DNA of 64,000 nt. It comes from Crassostrea angulata (Eukaryota). The stretch is taken from the NCBI RefSeq assembly GCF_025612915.1, contig NC_069116.1, forward strand, positions 6,090,123-6,154,122, written 5' to 3'. The notes below the pieces were generated by a model. The model made no database searches. It saw nothing but the letters and a program-made list of their open reading frames with translations, and was not told where the DNA came from. Numbering within the stretch: position 1 is the stretch's first letter; the number at the start of each line of letters is the position of its first letter. Of the stretch, positions 63,201 through 64,000 are shown piece by piece. A program made the translations under genes and the position numbers.

Positions 63201-64000
63201 TACTTGGTACGTCGTCAACGGTAGCTAAGATGTTCATAGTATGATAAAGTTGAAAATCTCTGGTTGATAGGAGGGAGAAAGATACAATGTAGGTATTCCC
63301 ACGGCAGTAGTTAGGATATTTAAGACCTTGTTGGCGGCTGTTTTGTGACTTTTCTATTTCAGTCATAACCTCTCACTCCATATATCTTGGAGGATACTCT
63401 GTAATATGTTAGGTGTTTACTTTTCTTCTGTTTTCAACATTTCAACCAGATTCTGTGATCATTCTTCCAACCTCCTCTTTTCTGTATTTATTTGTATAGA
63501 AATTTCTTGATTCAAAGAAAGAATACTTTATCCATTAAAAACTTAAGACCACGGTCATCTTCAATTTTCGCCATCTTTATTTATAAGATCATTTTGAGTT
63601 TATTAGTCACAATGTCAATGCTGGCATTTTATGATAAACACAAAAATTTGTTACCAGCATTTCAGCCTGGTTGGATGATGTTTCTTTAAGCTTGATCTGT
63701 TGATGTTTCTTTGTCCTTTATTAAAACCATCAATTACCATGGTCATCAAAGATACTAGTGTGGCTAAAGCGAGCCGAAAATCGGTCTCATTTTGTTCAAT
63801 CGATCTCCCCTTCTATATTTATCTATAGAGAGAGACAAAAACTATGAAGTTTTTGTGGTTTCATTAAATGTAAAGATTCTAATAGAATTTTTCTAACAAC
63901 CCTCGTTCATGTACATTGTATAAATTATGAAAATGCTTGACTCTGTTTTGCATTGTTTTCTTCCGTTTTATTTTATGAATTTGGGGGTAGGTGCTCTACA

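Noticed and set aside
1-64000. Prokaryotic-style features (operons, sigma-70 promoters, rho-independent terminators, CRISPR arrays, defence islands)
   Set aside because: Introns with GT-AG boundaries, AATAAA signals, SINE, MITE and satellite content, and orthologues of RFC5 and KSR show this is metazoan nuclear DNA. No direct-repeat and spacer architecture was seen; all tandem repeats have variable, related units, not unique spacers.

Overview
This window is eukaryotic: AT-rich (about one-third GC), intron-bearing and repeat-dense, with an invertebrate (possibly molluscan) character. It contains no prokaryotic operons and no CRISPR arrays. I could reconstruct three protein-coding genes from splice signals, reading-frame phase continuity and recognisable protein motifs.

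1. A complete replication factor C small subunit gene, best matching RFC5. It has 11 exons on the + strand between 12566 and 24436, encoding about 336 aa with a Walker A motif GPPGTGKTS.

2. The 5' part of a kinase suppressor of Ras (KSR) gene on the - strand. Six recovered exons between 12352 and 577 encode the CA1 coiled-coil/SAM region, the Pro-rich CA2 region and the start of the C1 domain. The gene runs off the left edge of the window. Its start codon lies 213 bp from the RFC5 start codon, so the two genes are head-to-head across a shared CCAAT/E-box region.

3. A giant C2H2 zinc-finger protein gene on the + strand, 47411 to 58393. It has 5 exons, one of them a single 7.1 kb exon, and encodes about 3070 aa. 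The protein has acidic and low-complexity regions and about 30 widely spaced fingers, many followed by an HPGK linker.

Introns and the roughly 23 kb gene-poor interval between RFC5 and the zinc-finger gene are full of repeats:
- a satellite-like tandem array of about 160 bp units inside the last RFC5 intron;
- a structured foldback/MITE-like family in three copies, one of them nested in that array;
- a hAT-type MITE with an 8 bp target-site duplication;
- a Tc1/mariner-type MITE with a TA target-site duplication;
- two tandem tRNA-Lys-derived SINE-like elements;
- a Penelope-like reverse-transcriptase remnant;
- a 37 bp minisatellite;
- an (AT)35 microsatellite flanked by a 378 bp duplication;
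- poly-C tracts;
- several other dispersed repeat families with two or three copies each.
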